Source of the DNA: an uncultured Gammaproteobacteria bacterium
GTDB lineage: Bacteria > Patescibacteriota > Patescibacteriia > UBA9934
Length of the DNA stretch: 64,000 nucleotides
Assembly: GCA_964452565.1 (NCBI GenBank)
Contig: CAYVLY010000001.1
Span: 14,638 to 78,637, forward strand
Direction: 5' to 3'
Made by a program: the position numbers and the translations under genes. Every line of letters begins with the position of its first letter. Within the stretch, counting starts at the first letter, position 1. Positions 20,223-28,981 of the stretch are shown piece by piece. The notes under the pieces are model-generated. The model was not told where the DNA came from and did not search any database. It saw only the letters and a program-made list of their open reading frames with translations.

Positions 20223-20729
20223 ATGCTTTCCAAGTGCAAAGGATTCACACTGGTAGAGATGTTGCTGTATTCGGTTACGGTTAGTTTTGTTATGTTTGGA
20301 ATTGTGGCTTTTCTGACTCTTTCTTTAGAGAATCGAGTTGAAAACACTGTTATTTACGAAGTAGAGCAGCAAGGGAATTACGTTATGAATCTTATAATGC
20401 AAACCATTCGAAATGCAGAGAACGTGACTGCGCCGACTTCTGGAAGCTCAGGATCGTCATTGACTCTCGATGTTTTTGATGTCGGAGTTGATCCAACTGT
20501 GTTTTCATTGTCAGGAACGACTTTGCAGGTGACTGAAGCAGGCGGGGGTGCTGTTGACTTAACATCAGATCAAATCGAAGCCTCGAGTTTAAGCTTTGAG
20601 CATTTATCAAACGGATTTGACCATTCAAGTGTACGGATCGAATTTACACTAACTCACATCAATCCAATTAACAGGCAAGAGTGGGATTATGCAAAAACAT
20701 TCACCACAACAGCGTCACTGCGACAGTAG
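20223..20729 (+). CDS. minor pilin (PilW/GspJ-like)
   Basis: KG-FTLVEMLL. Confidence 0.85.
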   Translation: MLSKCKGFTLVEMLLYSVTVSFVMFGIVAFLTLSLENRVENTVIYEVEQQGNYVMNLIMQTIRNAENVTAPTSGSSGSSLTLDVFDVGVDPTVFSLSGTTLQVTEAGGGAVDLTSDQIEASSLSFEHLSNGFDHSSVRIEFTLTHINPINRQEWDYAKTFTTTASLRQ

Positions 20730-21204
20730 ATCGGCGAGTAGATTCTTCGGCCTGTGGCCTCAGAATGACAAAACGACTTGTCATCCTGAGCGAGCCGTAG
20801 GCGAGTCGAAGGATCTACTGGAGGGCTTCACAACATTAGTGGCTGTTTTGATTGTGGGAGCAGTTGCAACAGCCGCAGTTGTCTCAATGCTTGTGTCTGG
20901 TGTTGGTTCACTTCAATCCAGTTTAGCGATCCAAAGATCAGGACTTGCCCGTCATTATGCCGACACGTGTGCAGAAGAGGCACTTCACCAGCTTTCAGAA
21001 GACACGTCGTATGCAGCTGGTGCAACTCTTGTGTTTGATTATGGAAATTGTGCGGTAAATGCCATAAGTGGCTCGGGTGCTACGAATCGAGTTATACAAG
21101 TTACGGGTGCTGTGGATACAGTTGCTAGAAGAGTTGAAGTAGATGTCTCTGACCTTAGCGGACCAGTTATCCTCAATTCATGGCAAGAAGTAGCAAGTTT
21201 TTAG
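20689..21204 (+). CDS. minor pilin (PilX/GspK-like) with a REP-like element in its leader
   Basis: EG-FTTLVAVLIV lacking Glu5; A...ADTCAEEAL motif. Confidence 0.7.
   Translation: MQKHSPQQRHCDSRSASRFFGLWPQNDKTTCHPERAVGESKDLLEGFTTLVAVLIVGAVATAAVVSMLVSGVGSLQSSLAIQRSGLARHYADTCAEEALHQLSEDTSYAAGATLVFDYGNCAVNAISGSGATNRVIQVTGAVDTVARRVEVDVSDLSGPVILNSWQEVASF
20737..20819. repeat. REP-like palindrome pair (GTCATCCTGA...GGATCT family)
   Basis: agtagattcttcg...cagaatgaca / tgtcatcctgag...gaaggatctact inverted pair. Confidence 0.8.
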
Positions 21205-21235
21205 TATAATGAAAACATATTATTGAACTATTTTT

Positions 21236-21685
21236 ATGAGAAAGGGTTTTACTCTCCTAGAGATTCTTCTAGTTGTTGCAGCGATTGGTATTTTGGCAGG
21301 GATTGTCATCTTAGCACTTAACCCAGGAAAGCAGTTGGCAGACACACGAAATGCTCAACGTCAGGCTGATGTCAACACAATTCTAAATGCTGTTTATCAA
21401 TACGCTATCGATAATGATGGTGATCTTCCCGGTTCAATCCCATCAGATGCAACATGTGGTGATACTGCAACAGAGGAGATTTGCGTGACAGGTGGAACAT
21501 GCACGAGCTTGGTTGATCTTTCAGATTTGACGACGAGCGAGACGTATCTGGTCACGATGCCAGAAGATCCAACAGGTGCAACTACGAATGGTGCTGGATA
21601 TCACATTGTTCAAAGTACAAATGGGCGTGTCACGGTTTGTGCGCCTGATGCAGAAGAAAGCTTGACTATTTCGGTAACACGATAA
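21236..21685 (+). CDS. type IV major pilin
   Basis: MRKG-FTLLEILLVV; own TATAAT upstream; four Cys. Confidence 0.9.
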   Translation: MRKGFTLLEILLVVAAIGILAGIVILALNPGKQLADTRNAQRQADVNTILNAVYQYAIDNDGDLPGSIPSDATCGDTATEEICVTGGTCTSLVDLSDLTTSETYLVTMPEDPTGATTNGAGYHIVQSTNGRVTVCAPDAEESLTISVTR

Positions 21686-21686
21686 T

Positions 21687-22133
21687 ATGAAAAAAGGATT
21701 TACATTAATGGAAATCTTATTAGTAGTGGCAGCAATAGGAATATTGGCTGGAATTGTGATTTTGGCATTAAATCCTAGCAAACAACTTGCAGATACTCGC
21801 AACGCGCAGCGTTGGTCAGATGTCAACACGATTTTAAATGCAATCTACCAATATTCGATTGATAATGATGGCGATCTACCAACAAGCATCCCATCTTCTT
21901 CAAATTGTAATGCCGCTACTCAGGAAATTTGCAAGACAGATACGTCTTGCACAGGTTTAACAGATTTATCAGATCTAACTGACGGAGAGGTTTACTTGGT
22001 TGCAATGCCATATGATCCATCTGAAGCAACAACAACCTCAACAGATTACGGTGTAGTTAAAAGTGATGACGGACGAATAACAGTTTGTGCTCCTAGCGCT
22101 GAAGAGAGTGAAACAATCGAAGTAACCCGATAA
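21687..22133 (+). CDS. type IV major pilin, tandem paralog
   Basis: MKKG-FTLMEILLVV; clearly paralogous to 21236-21685. Confidence 0.9.
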   Translation: MKKGFTLMEILLVVAAIGILAGIVILALNPSKQLADTRNAQRWSDVNTILNAIYQYSIDNDGDLPTSIPSSSNCNAATQEICKTDTSCTGLTDLSDLTDGEVYLVAMPYDPSEATTTSTDYGVVKSDDGRITVCAPSAEESETIEVTR

Positions 22134-22143
22134 TAACTATCAT

Positions 22144-22554
22144 ATGGCTGAAGATTTCCTAAGCGATAAAGTCATTCTCATTATCGAAGATGAGGAGGCT
22201 TTATATAAAGCCATTAAGAAAAAGCTTGATAATTTGGGCTGCAATACTCTCACGGCTCGGAGTGTTAAGCAGGCATTGGATTATCTTGAAGAAGGCGTAC
22301 AGGTAGATGCTGTGTGGCTTGATCATTATCTTCTTGGAGGTGAGAGCGGACTTGATTTTGTTGTTAAGGTAAAAGAGCCAGATTCGCCTTGGCATAATAT
22401 TCCAGTGTTTGTGATCTCAAACAGCTCATCTGGAGACAAAGTCGAAGCATATTTAAAGTTGGGTGTGTCTAAGTATTATGTTAAGGCAGAGCACTCGCTA
22501 ACAGAGATTGTTGAGGATCTTAAAAAAACAATGATGGAGGCTGATAAAACCTAA
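22144..22554 (+). CDS. stand-alone receiver domain
   Basis: ILIIEDE, WLDHYL, YYVK. Confidence 0.9.
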   Translation: MAEDFLSDKVILIIEDEEALYKAIKKKLDNLGCNTLTARSVKQALDYLEEGVQVDAVWLDHYLLGGESGLDFVVKVKEPDSPWHNIPVFVISNSSSGDKVEAYLKLGVSKYYVKAEHSLTEIVEDLKKTMMEADKT

Positions 22555-22929
22555 ATGATTCATATGGATAAAAAGAAAATTCTAATCGTGGAGGACGAAG
22601 ATGTGCAGGCTAAGGCCATGGAGATGAAGCTTACCGATAGGCATGAGCTTATGATTGCAAAGGACGGAGACGAGGGACTTAAGATGGCTCTTAAAGAGCA
22701 CCCGGATTTGATCATTCTCGATCTTGTAATGCCAAAGATGGATGGATTCATGATGTTTGAGGAGTTACGAAAAGATAACTGGGGAGCAACAGTAAAGGTC
22801 TTGGTTCTTACCAACCTGAGTAATCGTGAGGAAGATTTCATCAATAAGGGTGACGTTGAGTATATCGAGAAGACAGACATAAGTTTGCAAAAGCTTGGGG
22901 AAAAGGTGGAGAAAATGTTAGGTGCATAA
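22555..22929 (+). CDS. stand-alone receiver domain
   Basis: ILIVEDE, ILDLVMPKMDG. Confidence 0.9.
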   Translation: MIHMDKKKILIVEDEDVQAKAMEMKLTDRHELMIAKDGDEGLKMALKEHPDLIILDLVMPKMDGFMMFEELRKDNWGATVKVLVLTNLSNREEDFINKGDVEYIEKTDISLQKLGEKVEKMLGA

Positions 22930-23674
22930 TGTGCTGATCGGGGTTTACATTTTTAGTTTTATAGTTGGGACAAGTTTTGGTAGCGCACTTTTGTGCGCTG
23001 CTATGCGTTATGCTGATAAAAAGCCTTGGTGGCGTGGAAGATCGGTTTGTGATCATTGCAGTAAAAAACTTGATTGGGATCAGTTGATTCCCATTGTGAG
23101 TTTTTTGATCTATGCAGGTAGGTGCAAGCAATGCAAAAAGAAGTTGAGGTGGTTTTATTTAGTATTTGAAGTTGTTACAGGGTTGGCAGCTCTGATCGTG
23201 GCTGCTCGATTCATCGAATTCGGTGATTATTGGATACTTGCACGAGATATTGTGATCGTACTTATCGGACTTTTTGCAATGGCTTTAGATTGGCACAAGA
23301 TGCTTGTAAGTGCTCGGCTTATGTTGATTGGATCGATTCTCGTGTTTTTAATCCCATCAACACTCACGGTTGTGGATATGTTGGCAGGTGCTAGTGTAGG
23401 TATTGCATTTTTCGGGATTCAGTATCTTTTGACGCGTGGAAAGGGGATTGGATCGGGTGACACATTCTTGGGGCTTTTTATGGGTTTTGCCTTGGGTTGG
23501 CCTTCAGTGATCATTTCGATATTTATTGGATACATACTAGGAGCAGGACATGCTATTTATCTTCTTGGAACAAAGAAAGCAAATAGAAAAACCAAGCTTT
23601 CGCTTGGGATGTACCTAATGATGGGGCTGATTTTAACGCTCGCAGTTCAACTGCTATCACTTTCGATTTTTTGA
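22922..23674 (+). CDS. pilD: prepilin peptidase
   Basis: RSVCDHC...LIPIVSF...GRCKQC; GIGSGD aspartic motif. Confidence 0.9.
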   Translation: MHNVLIGVYIFSFIVGTSFGSALLCAAMRYADKKPWWRGRSVCDHCSKKLDWDQLIPIVSFLIYAGRCKQCKKKLRWFYLVFEVVTGLAALIVAARFIEFGDYWILARDIVIVLIGLFAMALDWHKMLVSARLMLIGSILVFLIPSTLTVVDMLAGASVGIAFFGIQYLLTRGKGIGSGDTFLGLFMGFALGWPSVIISIFIGYILGAGHAIYLLGTKKANRKTKLSLGMYLMMGLILTLAVQLLSLSIF

Positions 23675-23677
23675 AAA

Positions 23678-23734
23678 CATCCCGACGATAGGAAGGGCCT
23701 CGGTTGGCCTGACGGAATTATCAGCCAACCGATG
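23678..23734. repeat. structured repeat, paralogous to 28061-28134
   Basis: catcccgacgWtagga start shared with 28061; cggttggc...gccaaccg hairpin. Confidence 0.6.
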
Positions 23735-23853
23735 AAAATTGGATGCAGTTTACCCCAGGCTGAGAGCCTGGGGGTTGAGGTTGAGGTTGACACCAAGTCC
23801 TACGGAAATTGCATCTTTTCAGATGCCTTTTCTGCATTGCTTGGGGTCTGTTC

Positions 23854-24495
23854 TCATTGAGTGTAGACGGTCATCGCTTCTGTGTGCTTGAGTTCTTTCT
23901 TAACACGCTGCATTCGCTGATCAGCACGGTTGATGATCGAAGTCACGGTTTCTTGTGAGGTTTCAGCGATCGCCCATCCGATGCTGGCACTTTGATTGTG
24001 TTCAGTGCCTTCGTTGGTTGTTATCGGAGTTCTGGCGATTGCCTTGTACACCGAGACTGCCAGTCCCTGAGCACGTTCAGGTCCTGGACATGCGAAGAAG
24101 ATGAGAAACTCCTCTCCACCAAAGCGAACCACAAGGTCGCCTGGTCGGGCGGTTATGAGGATGCGTTTGGCTACTTCGCGAAGGACGAAGTTGCCAACAT
24201 CCTGACCAAAGCGCTTGTTGACTTGTCCGAAGTCGTTGATGTCGATGAACAGGACTCCCAGGGAAGTGGAGGCCCTACCCTCGATGACGAACTCAGCGCG
24301 TTTGCGGAAGTGCTCGATCCTCTCTTCCATGCCACGCATGTTGAGTAGACCTGTAAGGAAGTCATGGCGCGCCTCTTTGAAGTACCTGTCCCGCTGGCGT
24401 AGGAGATACAGGCAGAAGATTCCCAGGCAGATCATGACAACCACCTGAACTCCATTCGCAGCCAGAGAGACTTTGAGGTCGATGAGAGTCTCCAT
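23854..24495 (-). CDS. diguanylate cyclase, single TM plus GGDEF (cassette 3)
   Basis: HDFLTGLLN, FIDINDF..VN..FG...G, RPGD I-site, RFGGEEF, ADQRM; AAGGAG SD. Confidence 0.92.
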   Translation of the reverse strand: METLIDLKVSLAANGVQVVVMICLGIFCLYLLRQRDRYFKEARHDFLTGLLNMRGMEERIEHFRKRAEFVIEGRASTSLGVLFIDINDFGQVNKRFGQDVGNFVLREVAKRILITARPGDLVVRFGGEEFLIFFACPGPERAQGLAVSVYKAIARTPITTNEGTEHNQSASIGWAIAETSQETVTSIINRADQRMQRVKKELKHTEAMTVYTQ

Positions 24496-24572
24496 GAGGA
24501 CTCCTTCTGCCCATTGGGCGATGGTAGGTTGAGAAATAGATTTGGGGGAGAAATAAGATGGTACGGTCTAGA

Positions 24573-24601
24573 AATATAGCAAAAATTAGGGGTTTTGTCA
24601 A
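24573..24601 (-). promoter_or_regulatory. sigma70 promoter of cassette 3
   Basis: TTGACA-17 bp-TATATT. Confidence 0.75.
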
Positions 24602-24889
24602 TCCTGTGATTTGACAAGTGAAAACGAATCTGCACTGATTTGTACACAGGAACCCCTTTGTTTATTGAGTAATCAAAAGAAAAGTGCTACGATTTAAGTG
24701 GTATAGCTTTATCAAAACAAGATTGCACATTTTAACTTTATCTTTTTACCTGTAGCACACTTTCAAAATACTCAATGTAGCTAAGGCTATATGTCGCATT
24801 TTGCAAGCGCACTACAGGCAAAAATATTTTGTAAAAAGGCGCAACTTTGTTTTGAAAAAGCTAAAAAACAATTATTAACCTATTTTGTT

Positions 24890-25174
24890 ATGGATAAGCG
24901 ACTTACAAAATCCCAGCTCATGACCGCTATGGCTGAGAAGTGGGGTGTATCTAAGAAAGAGGCAATTGAGACATACGAAAGTCTTGTTGGTCTAATTTAT
25001 GAAGAGATCGGACGGTGTGGAGAGATAATGATGCCAGGTCTTGGAAAGATGGCTAAGAAGCATCGAAAGGCTCGAATGGGACGCAATCCTGCTACAGGTG
25101 AAGCAATCCACATTCCTGCAAAGACAGTTCTAAAGTTTGGAGTTAATAAGGCAGCAAAGGACGCACTTTTGTAA
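24890..25174 (+). CDS. hup: DNA-binding protein HU
   Basis: RKARMGRNPATGEAIHIPAK; start reassigned to ATG 24890. Confidence 0.95.
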   Translation: MDKRLTKSQLMTAMAEKWGVSKKEAIETYESLVGLIYEEIGRCGEIMMPGLGKMAKKHRKARMGRNPATGEAIHIPAKTVLKFGVNKAAKDALL

Positions 25175-25183
25175 GAAAAGATG

Positions 25184-25210
25184 AAAATCAGCCCGAAAGG
25201 GCTGATTTTT
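25184..25210 (+). terminator. intrinsic terminator
   Basis: aaaatcagccc-gaaa-gggctgattttt. Confidence 0.85.
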
Positions 25211-25239
25211 GATTTACCCACATCTTGATTAGATTTTAG

Positions 25240-25482
25240 TTGGGGGCACTCCGTCCCCCAAACCCCTGCCTACCGGCAGGCAGGCCCAGGGCCCCATTTC
25301 TTTGAAGCAGCAAAGAAATGGGGAAAAGAAAGGGCGGCCACAGTGCTGCGCTGTCCAGGTATTACCTCAGGCATACGAACGGGCATTTTGAGCTCCATTT
25401 GCATATATGGATAAATGTCACGCAAAATGCTATTCCATTCTCCTGCCCGAGGATAGACCTGGACGTGCTCACAGTGTGGCTG
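25240..25482. ncRNA. highly structured non-coding element (ncRNA or MITE-like)
   Basis: ccccatttctttg/caaagaaatgggg hairpin and a ~145-nt interrupted hairpin at 25337-25481. Confidence 0.45.
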
Positions 25483-25531
25483 AGATCAGAATCTTGATCT
25501 AAATATAAAAAAGCAGTAATCTATTGCCAGT

Positions 25532-26701
25532 ATGCAGCGCAAGGGACTACTATTTCTGACGTCATTAATCATCTTAGCGGTTCTTGTGTTTGGTTTAAGT
25601 GCCATTGCAGAAGATTGGTCGTGGAACGATGCTCAGATGGCACAGGTTGATAATATTCTTAATGAAGTCTCTGCAGCTAGATTAGATGCAGACGACTCTG
25701 AGATTAATTTCGGGGAGAGCTCTCAAGTAAATGTCTTGCTTTTGGGCCTTGATTCTCGCAAAGAAGACGAAGAACCACATTGTGATGCCATCCACATGTT
25801 CACGCTTGATCTAGTTGATTGGGACATTGTGATAACCACTGTGCCACGTGGGACCTATGCATATATTCCACAGTATCTTGAGGAGACTGAATACTATCTG
25901 GCCAATGCCTGTTCTTATGAAGGGCTTGAGTATGGGATAGATCAAATTGAAAAAGTTGTTGGTGTACAGGCCGACTATGTAGCAACTGTAAACTTTTCAC
26001 AAACACTTGGCATCCTTCGATTGCTCGATTTGCCAACTACTGAAACACTGCAGTGGCTTCGCCATCGTCAAAGTTATCAGATCGGAGAGCCACAACGTGC
26101 TCATAATCAGGCAGTATTTTTGAAGGACATGATCATTGACCATCTTCAAAAGTTTGAAAGTAGCTTTACATTGCCTATGCAGTATCTCTTATATTCTTTT
26201 GTAGATACTGACATGGATTTCTCTACTGCACGCGCTTTGCTGCAAGGGTATATCGATGCGGACATTGATGAGAATCCAGACGAGATTTGGCTCACAATGC
26301 GACCATACTACGAGACTGTGGACTATCATTATGACCCAGAAACTGTAGGCGAGCAGATTGAGGATTGGATTGAGTTTTTGCGACCATACTTATCCTCAGA
26401 TGATTTAACTGAGCTGTCGTTGGATGAGATCCAGGCATCAATCATTGCGTACATGTGGGACTCGATTGAATCTCTTGAGTCGATTGAAGACATTGTGGAC
26501 GATCAACTATGGTTACAAGTTGAAGACGATGATACTCGGGAGGAGCTTCATTATGCAGCAATTGAAGCATACGTAGGACAGCTTGATGATCAAGAAGTAA
26601 TTATCGATACGCTGAGTTTATATATTTTAGAAAAGGAAACACTAGAGCTCGAAGATTGGGCACAAAAGGGAAAAGAGCTATTAGCAAATATGGTAGAATA
26701 G
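25532..26701 (+). CDS. LCP (LytR-CpsA-Psr) family protein
   Basis: N-terminal TM; VNVLLLGLD, D.I, VPR, WLRHR...R..NQ motifs. Confidence 0.8.
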   Translation: MQRKGLLFLTSLIILAVLVFGLSAIAEDWSWNDAQMAQVDNILNEVSAARLDADDSEINFGESSQVNVLLLGLDSRKEDEEPHCDAIHMFTLDLVDWDIVITTVPRGTYAYIPQYLEETEYYLANACSYEGLEYGIDQIEKVVGVQADYVATVNFSQTLGILRLLDLPTTETLQWLRHRQSYQIGEPQRAHNQAVFLKDMIIDHLQKFESSFTLPMQYLLYSFVDTDMDFSTARALLQGYIDADIDENPDEIWLTMRPYYETVDYHYDPETVGEQIEDWIEFLRPYLSSDDLTELSLDEIQASIIAYMWDSIESLESIEDIVDDQLWLQVEDDDTREELHYAAIEAYVGQLDDQEVIIDTLSLYILEKETLELEDWAQKGKELLANMVE

Positions 26702-26735
26702 ACACGTAATGAGCGTGTCTGTTTTATTTTGAGTT

Positions 26736-27212
26736 CTAACCCCTTCCTTACGAAGGAGGGGATAGGGGAGGTTTTCATGACTGAGTTATTTAACAAAAAA
26801 CAAGAAAAAGAGAAGCGGAGGAATTTACGTTTTAATCAGACATTTGCCGAAAAGACAATTTGGTCACATTTAAGGAGAAAACAGTTAGGGGTTCGATTCA
26901 GGAGGCAGTTTGGTATTGGTACTTATGTAGTTGATTTCTACTGCCCAAAGAAATATTTGATCATTGAGATAGACGGGGATACTCATTTTGAAGTTCATCA
27001 GATCGAATATGATCTAAAACGTTCGAAATACTTTGAAAGTCTTGGGATGAAAGTTGTTAGATTTACAAATCAGGAGATATATCAGGATCTTGATAGAGTA
27101 TTGTTAACAATTAGGAATTTAATTAACTAATTACCCCCTCCATCTCCCCCTTCGAAAGGGGGAGGGTTGAGAAGCTAACCCCCTCCTTACGAAGGAGGGG
27201 ATAGGGGAGGTT
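26736..27212 (+). repeat. 38-bp direct repeats (26736-26773, 27175-27212) plus an inverted partner (27131-27168) around the DUF559 gene
   Basis: ctaaccccYtccttacgaaggaggggataggggaggtt, one mismatch. Confidence 0.9.
26777..27130 (+). CDS. DUF559/Vsr-like endonuclease
   Basis: T.AE..IW..LR, FRRQ, VDFYC, IEIDG..H, D..R, VVRFTN. Confidence 0.9.
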   Translation: MTELFNKKQEKEKRRNLRFNQTFAEKTIWSHLRRKQLGVRFRRQFGIGTYVVDFYCPKKYLIIEIDGDTHFEVHQIEYDLKRSKYFESLGMKVVRFTNQEIYQDLDRVLLTIRNLIN

Positions 27213-27218
27213 ATTGAT

Positions 27219-28052
27219 ATGTTCATAATAAAATCAAGTGGAGAGAAGGCTGAGTTTGATCCAGCCAAAGTAAAACGCAGCATGTTGCGCTCAGGTGCAG
27301 ATGAAAAAACTGCAGATGAAGTTCTGAAGGATTTAGAAAAGAAGTTGCACAGTGGCATGACCACAAAGCAAGTCTATAAGATTGTTTTTGACGAGCTTAA
27401 GAATCGAAAGGCGTGTATTGCATGTCGGTATGACCTTCGCAATGCTCTGCTTCGATTGGGCCCGGCTGGTTACAAGTTTGAAAAATACGTTGCATCGATT
27501 TTGAACGCTTATAGTTATGAAGCATTTGTGCCAGAAGAAGAATATGAGGGATCATGCGTGATGCATGAAGTTGATGTTGTAGCAGAGAAGGATCATAGAA
27601 GGATATTTATTGAGGCAAAGTTTCGGAATCGTTTTAACGATTCTGTAAATCTAAAGGACACAATGGCAACATGGGCCCGGTTTCTCGACTTAGTTGATGG
27701 ATCAACTGTTGGCAAGTGTCCACATTTTGATGAGCCATGGATTGTAACTAATGCGAGGTTTTCTGATCGTGCGCGTCAATTTGGCATATGCAAGGGTATA
27801 CATATGATAGGTTGGAATGTTCCAAAGGAAAGAACTTTTGCGCAAATGGTAGATATCAATGCTGTATATCCTGTTACAGTTCTTGATGAATTAACGCAGG
27901 TCGAACTTGATAAGCTATCACATCATGGAATCATGCTTTGTAAGGAAATGTCGGAAATGGATTCAAATGAACTACAAGAAAAGCTTGATATATCTGAGCA
28001 TCGGGTTTTGGAGCTTATGCAAATGTGCTCAGATGTGATAGGGGAGGAATAA
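27219..28052 (+). CDS. ATP-cone plus Mrr-like PD-(D/E)xK endonuclease domain protein
   Basis: IIKSSGEKAEFD..K ATP cone; G..FE..V, EVDV, IEAK, IVTN..FS. Confidence 0.8.
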   Translation: MFIIKSSGEKAEFDPAKVKRSMLRSGADEKTADEVLKDLEKKLHSGMTTKQVYKIVFDELKNRKACIACRYDLRNALLRLGPAGYKFEKYVASILNAYSYEAFVPEEEYEGSCVMHEVDVVAEKDHRRIFIEAKFRNRFNDSVNLKDTMATWARFLDLVDGSTVGKCPHFDEPWIVTNARFSDRARQFGICKGIHMIGWNVPKERTFAQMVDINAVYPVTVLDELTQVELDKLSHHGIMLCKEMSEMDSNELQEKLDISEHRVLELMQMCSDVIGEE

Positions 28053-28060
28053 ATAATTAC

Positions 28061-28134
28061 CATCCCGACGTTAGGACCTGCCTGCCGGCAGGCAGGGGGA
28101 TCCCGGCCGGCCTTATGAGATTCGCAGTCGGCCG
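28061..28134. repeat. structured repeat with nested cctgcctgccggcaggcagg palindrome (28077-28096)
   Basis: Shares ends with 23678-23734. Confidence 0.6.
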
Positions 28135-28200
28135 TTTATTTTCTACAAAGCATGAACACCCCGTCGAGGCGGGGTGTTGTGTGTACGTTGCTAGTCATTA

Positions 28201-28491
28201 CTAGCAGGTATCTTTCAGGATGAAGAAGAGGGCGTTGTCACTCTCGAGGGCTACATAGTTGGCCAGCATCAGGTTCGAGACGCTCGCGATCAGGTGGGCG
28301 ATAGCCTCGTACTGGTGGGGCTCAAGCCCAGCGACAGTGAAGCCCTCGTTGCCGTTGTTGAGGATCAGTTGACCTTCAGCATCCCTCAGGATGATGCGGC
28401 CCCGGATCTGCTTGTCGAAGCAGATACGACATCCGGCAACTAGCTGCGTGCCCTCGCAACGCAGACTTCCCGTGTCCTTCGTGGTGAGCAT
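28201..28491 (-). CDS. hypothetical protein (GC-rich cassette 4)
   Basis: AAAGGAG SD; promoter TTGACA-17-TAATAT; 3' hairpin at 28155-28178. Confidence 0.7.
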   Translation of the reverse strand: MLTTKDTGSLRCEGTQLVAGCRICFDKQIRGRIILRDAEGQLILNNGNEGFTVAGLEPHQYEAIAHLIASVSNLMLANYVALESDNALFFILKDTC

Positions 28492-28547
28492 GGTCGCTCC
28501 TTTCCGGGTTTCATGCCGGAGTTCGGGGTCGAGGTATTCGACGCGTA

Positions 28548-28576
28548 ATATTAGGCGAATTTCGAGATTTTGTCAA
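28548..28576 (-). promoter_or_regulatory. sigma70 promoter of cassette 4
   Basis: TTGACA-17 bp-TAATAT. Confidence 0.7.
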
Positions 28577-28601
28577 TAGTTTTAGCTTTGGTGGTAGTTT
28601 G

Positions 28602-28630
28602 TTGACAGAATCTGGAGTATCCGTTACTAT
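28602..28630 (+). promoter_or_regulatory. rpmB promoter
   Basis: TTGACA-17 bp-TACTAT. Confidence 0.75.
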
Positions 28631-28652
28631 TACGCCTGTGAATACACCAACT

Positions 28653-28883
28653 ATGGCAAAGAAATGTGCTTTAACTGGCAAGAAACCACTAACTGGACAC
28701 AACGTCAGTCACTCAAAAGTAAAAACAAAGCGACGACAGAACCCAAACCTTCAAAAGAAGCGTTTGCTTAATCCTGCGACTGGAAGGCTGAAAACTGTCT
28801 TGATCTCAGCTCGAGGACTGCGAACACTTGCAAAGTGGCAGAAGGAAGGAAAGAAGTACGACCTGCGAGACCTGAAAGTATAA
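28653..28883 (+). CDS. rpmB: 50S ribosomal protein L28
   Basis: MAKKCALTGKKPLTGHNVSHS..KTKRRQNPNLQ. Confidence 0.95.
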   Translation: MAKKCALTGKKPLTGHNVSHSKVKTKRRQNPNLQKKRLLNPATGRLKTVLISARGLRTLAKWQKEGKKYDLRDLKV

Positions 28884-28930
28884 ACAAAAAAGCATCCGGC
28901 AATAGCTGGGTGTTTTTGTTTTACCTGAGG

Positions 28931-28960
28931 ACTGTGCACTGAGCACTGCGTACTGTATAC
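28931..28960. repeat. ACTGNNN heptamer array (related arrays at 52962-52993 and 54513-54547)
   Basis: actgtgc actgagc actgcgt actgtat. Confidence 0.65.
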
Positions 28961-28981
28961 TATGAGTATAGAAGGAGGAAT

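Noticed and set aside
23678-23734. tRNA or self-cleaving ribozyme
   Set aside because: No cloverleaf or T-loop; hammerhead and HDV core motifs could not be matched by eye.
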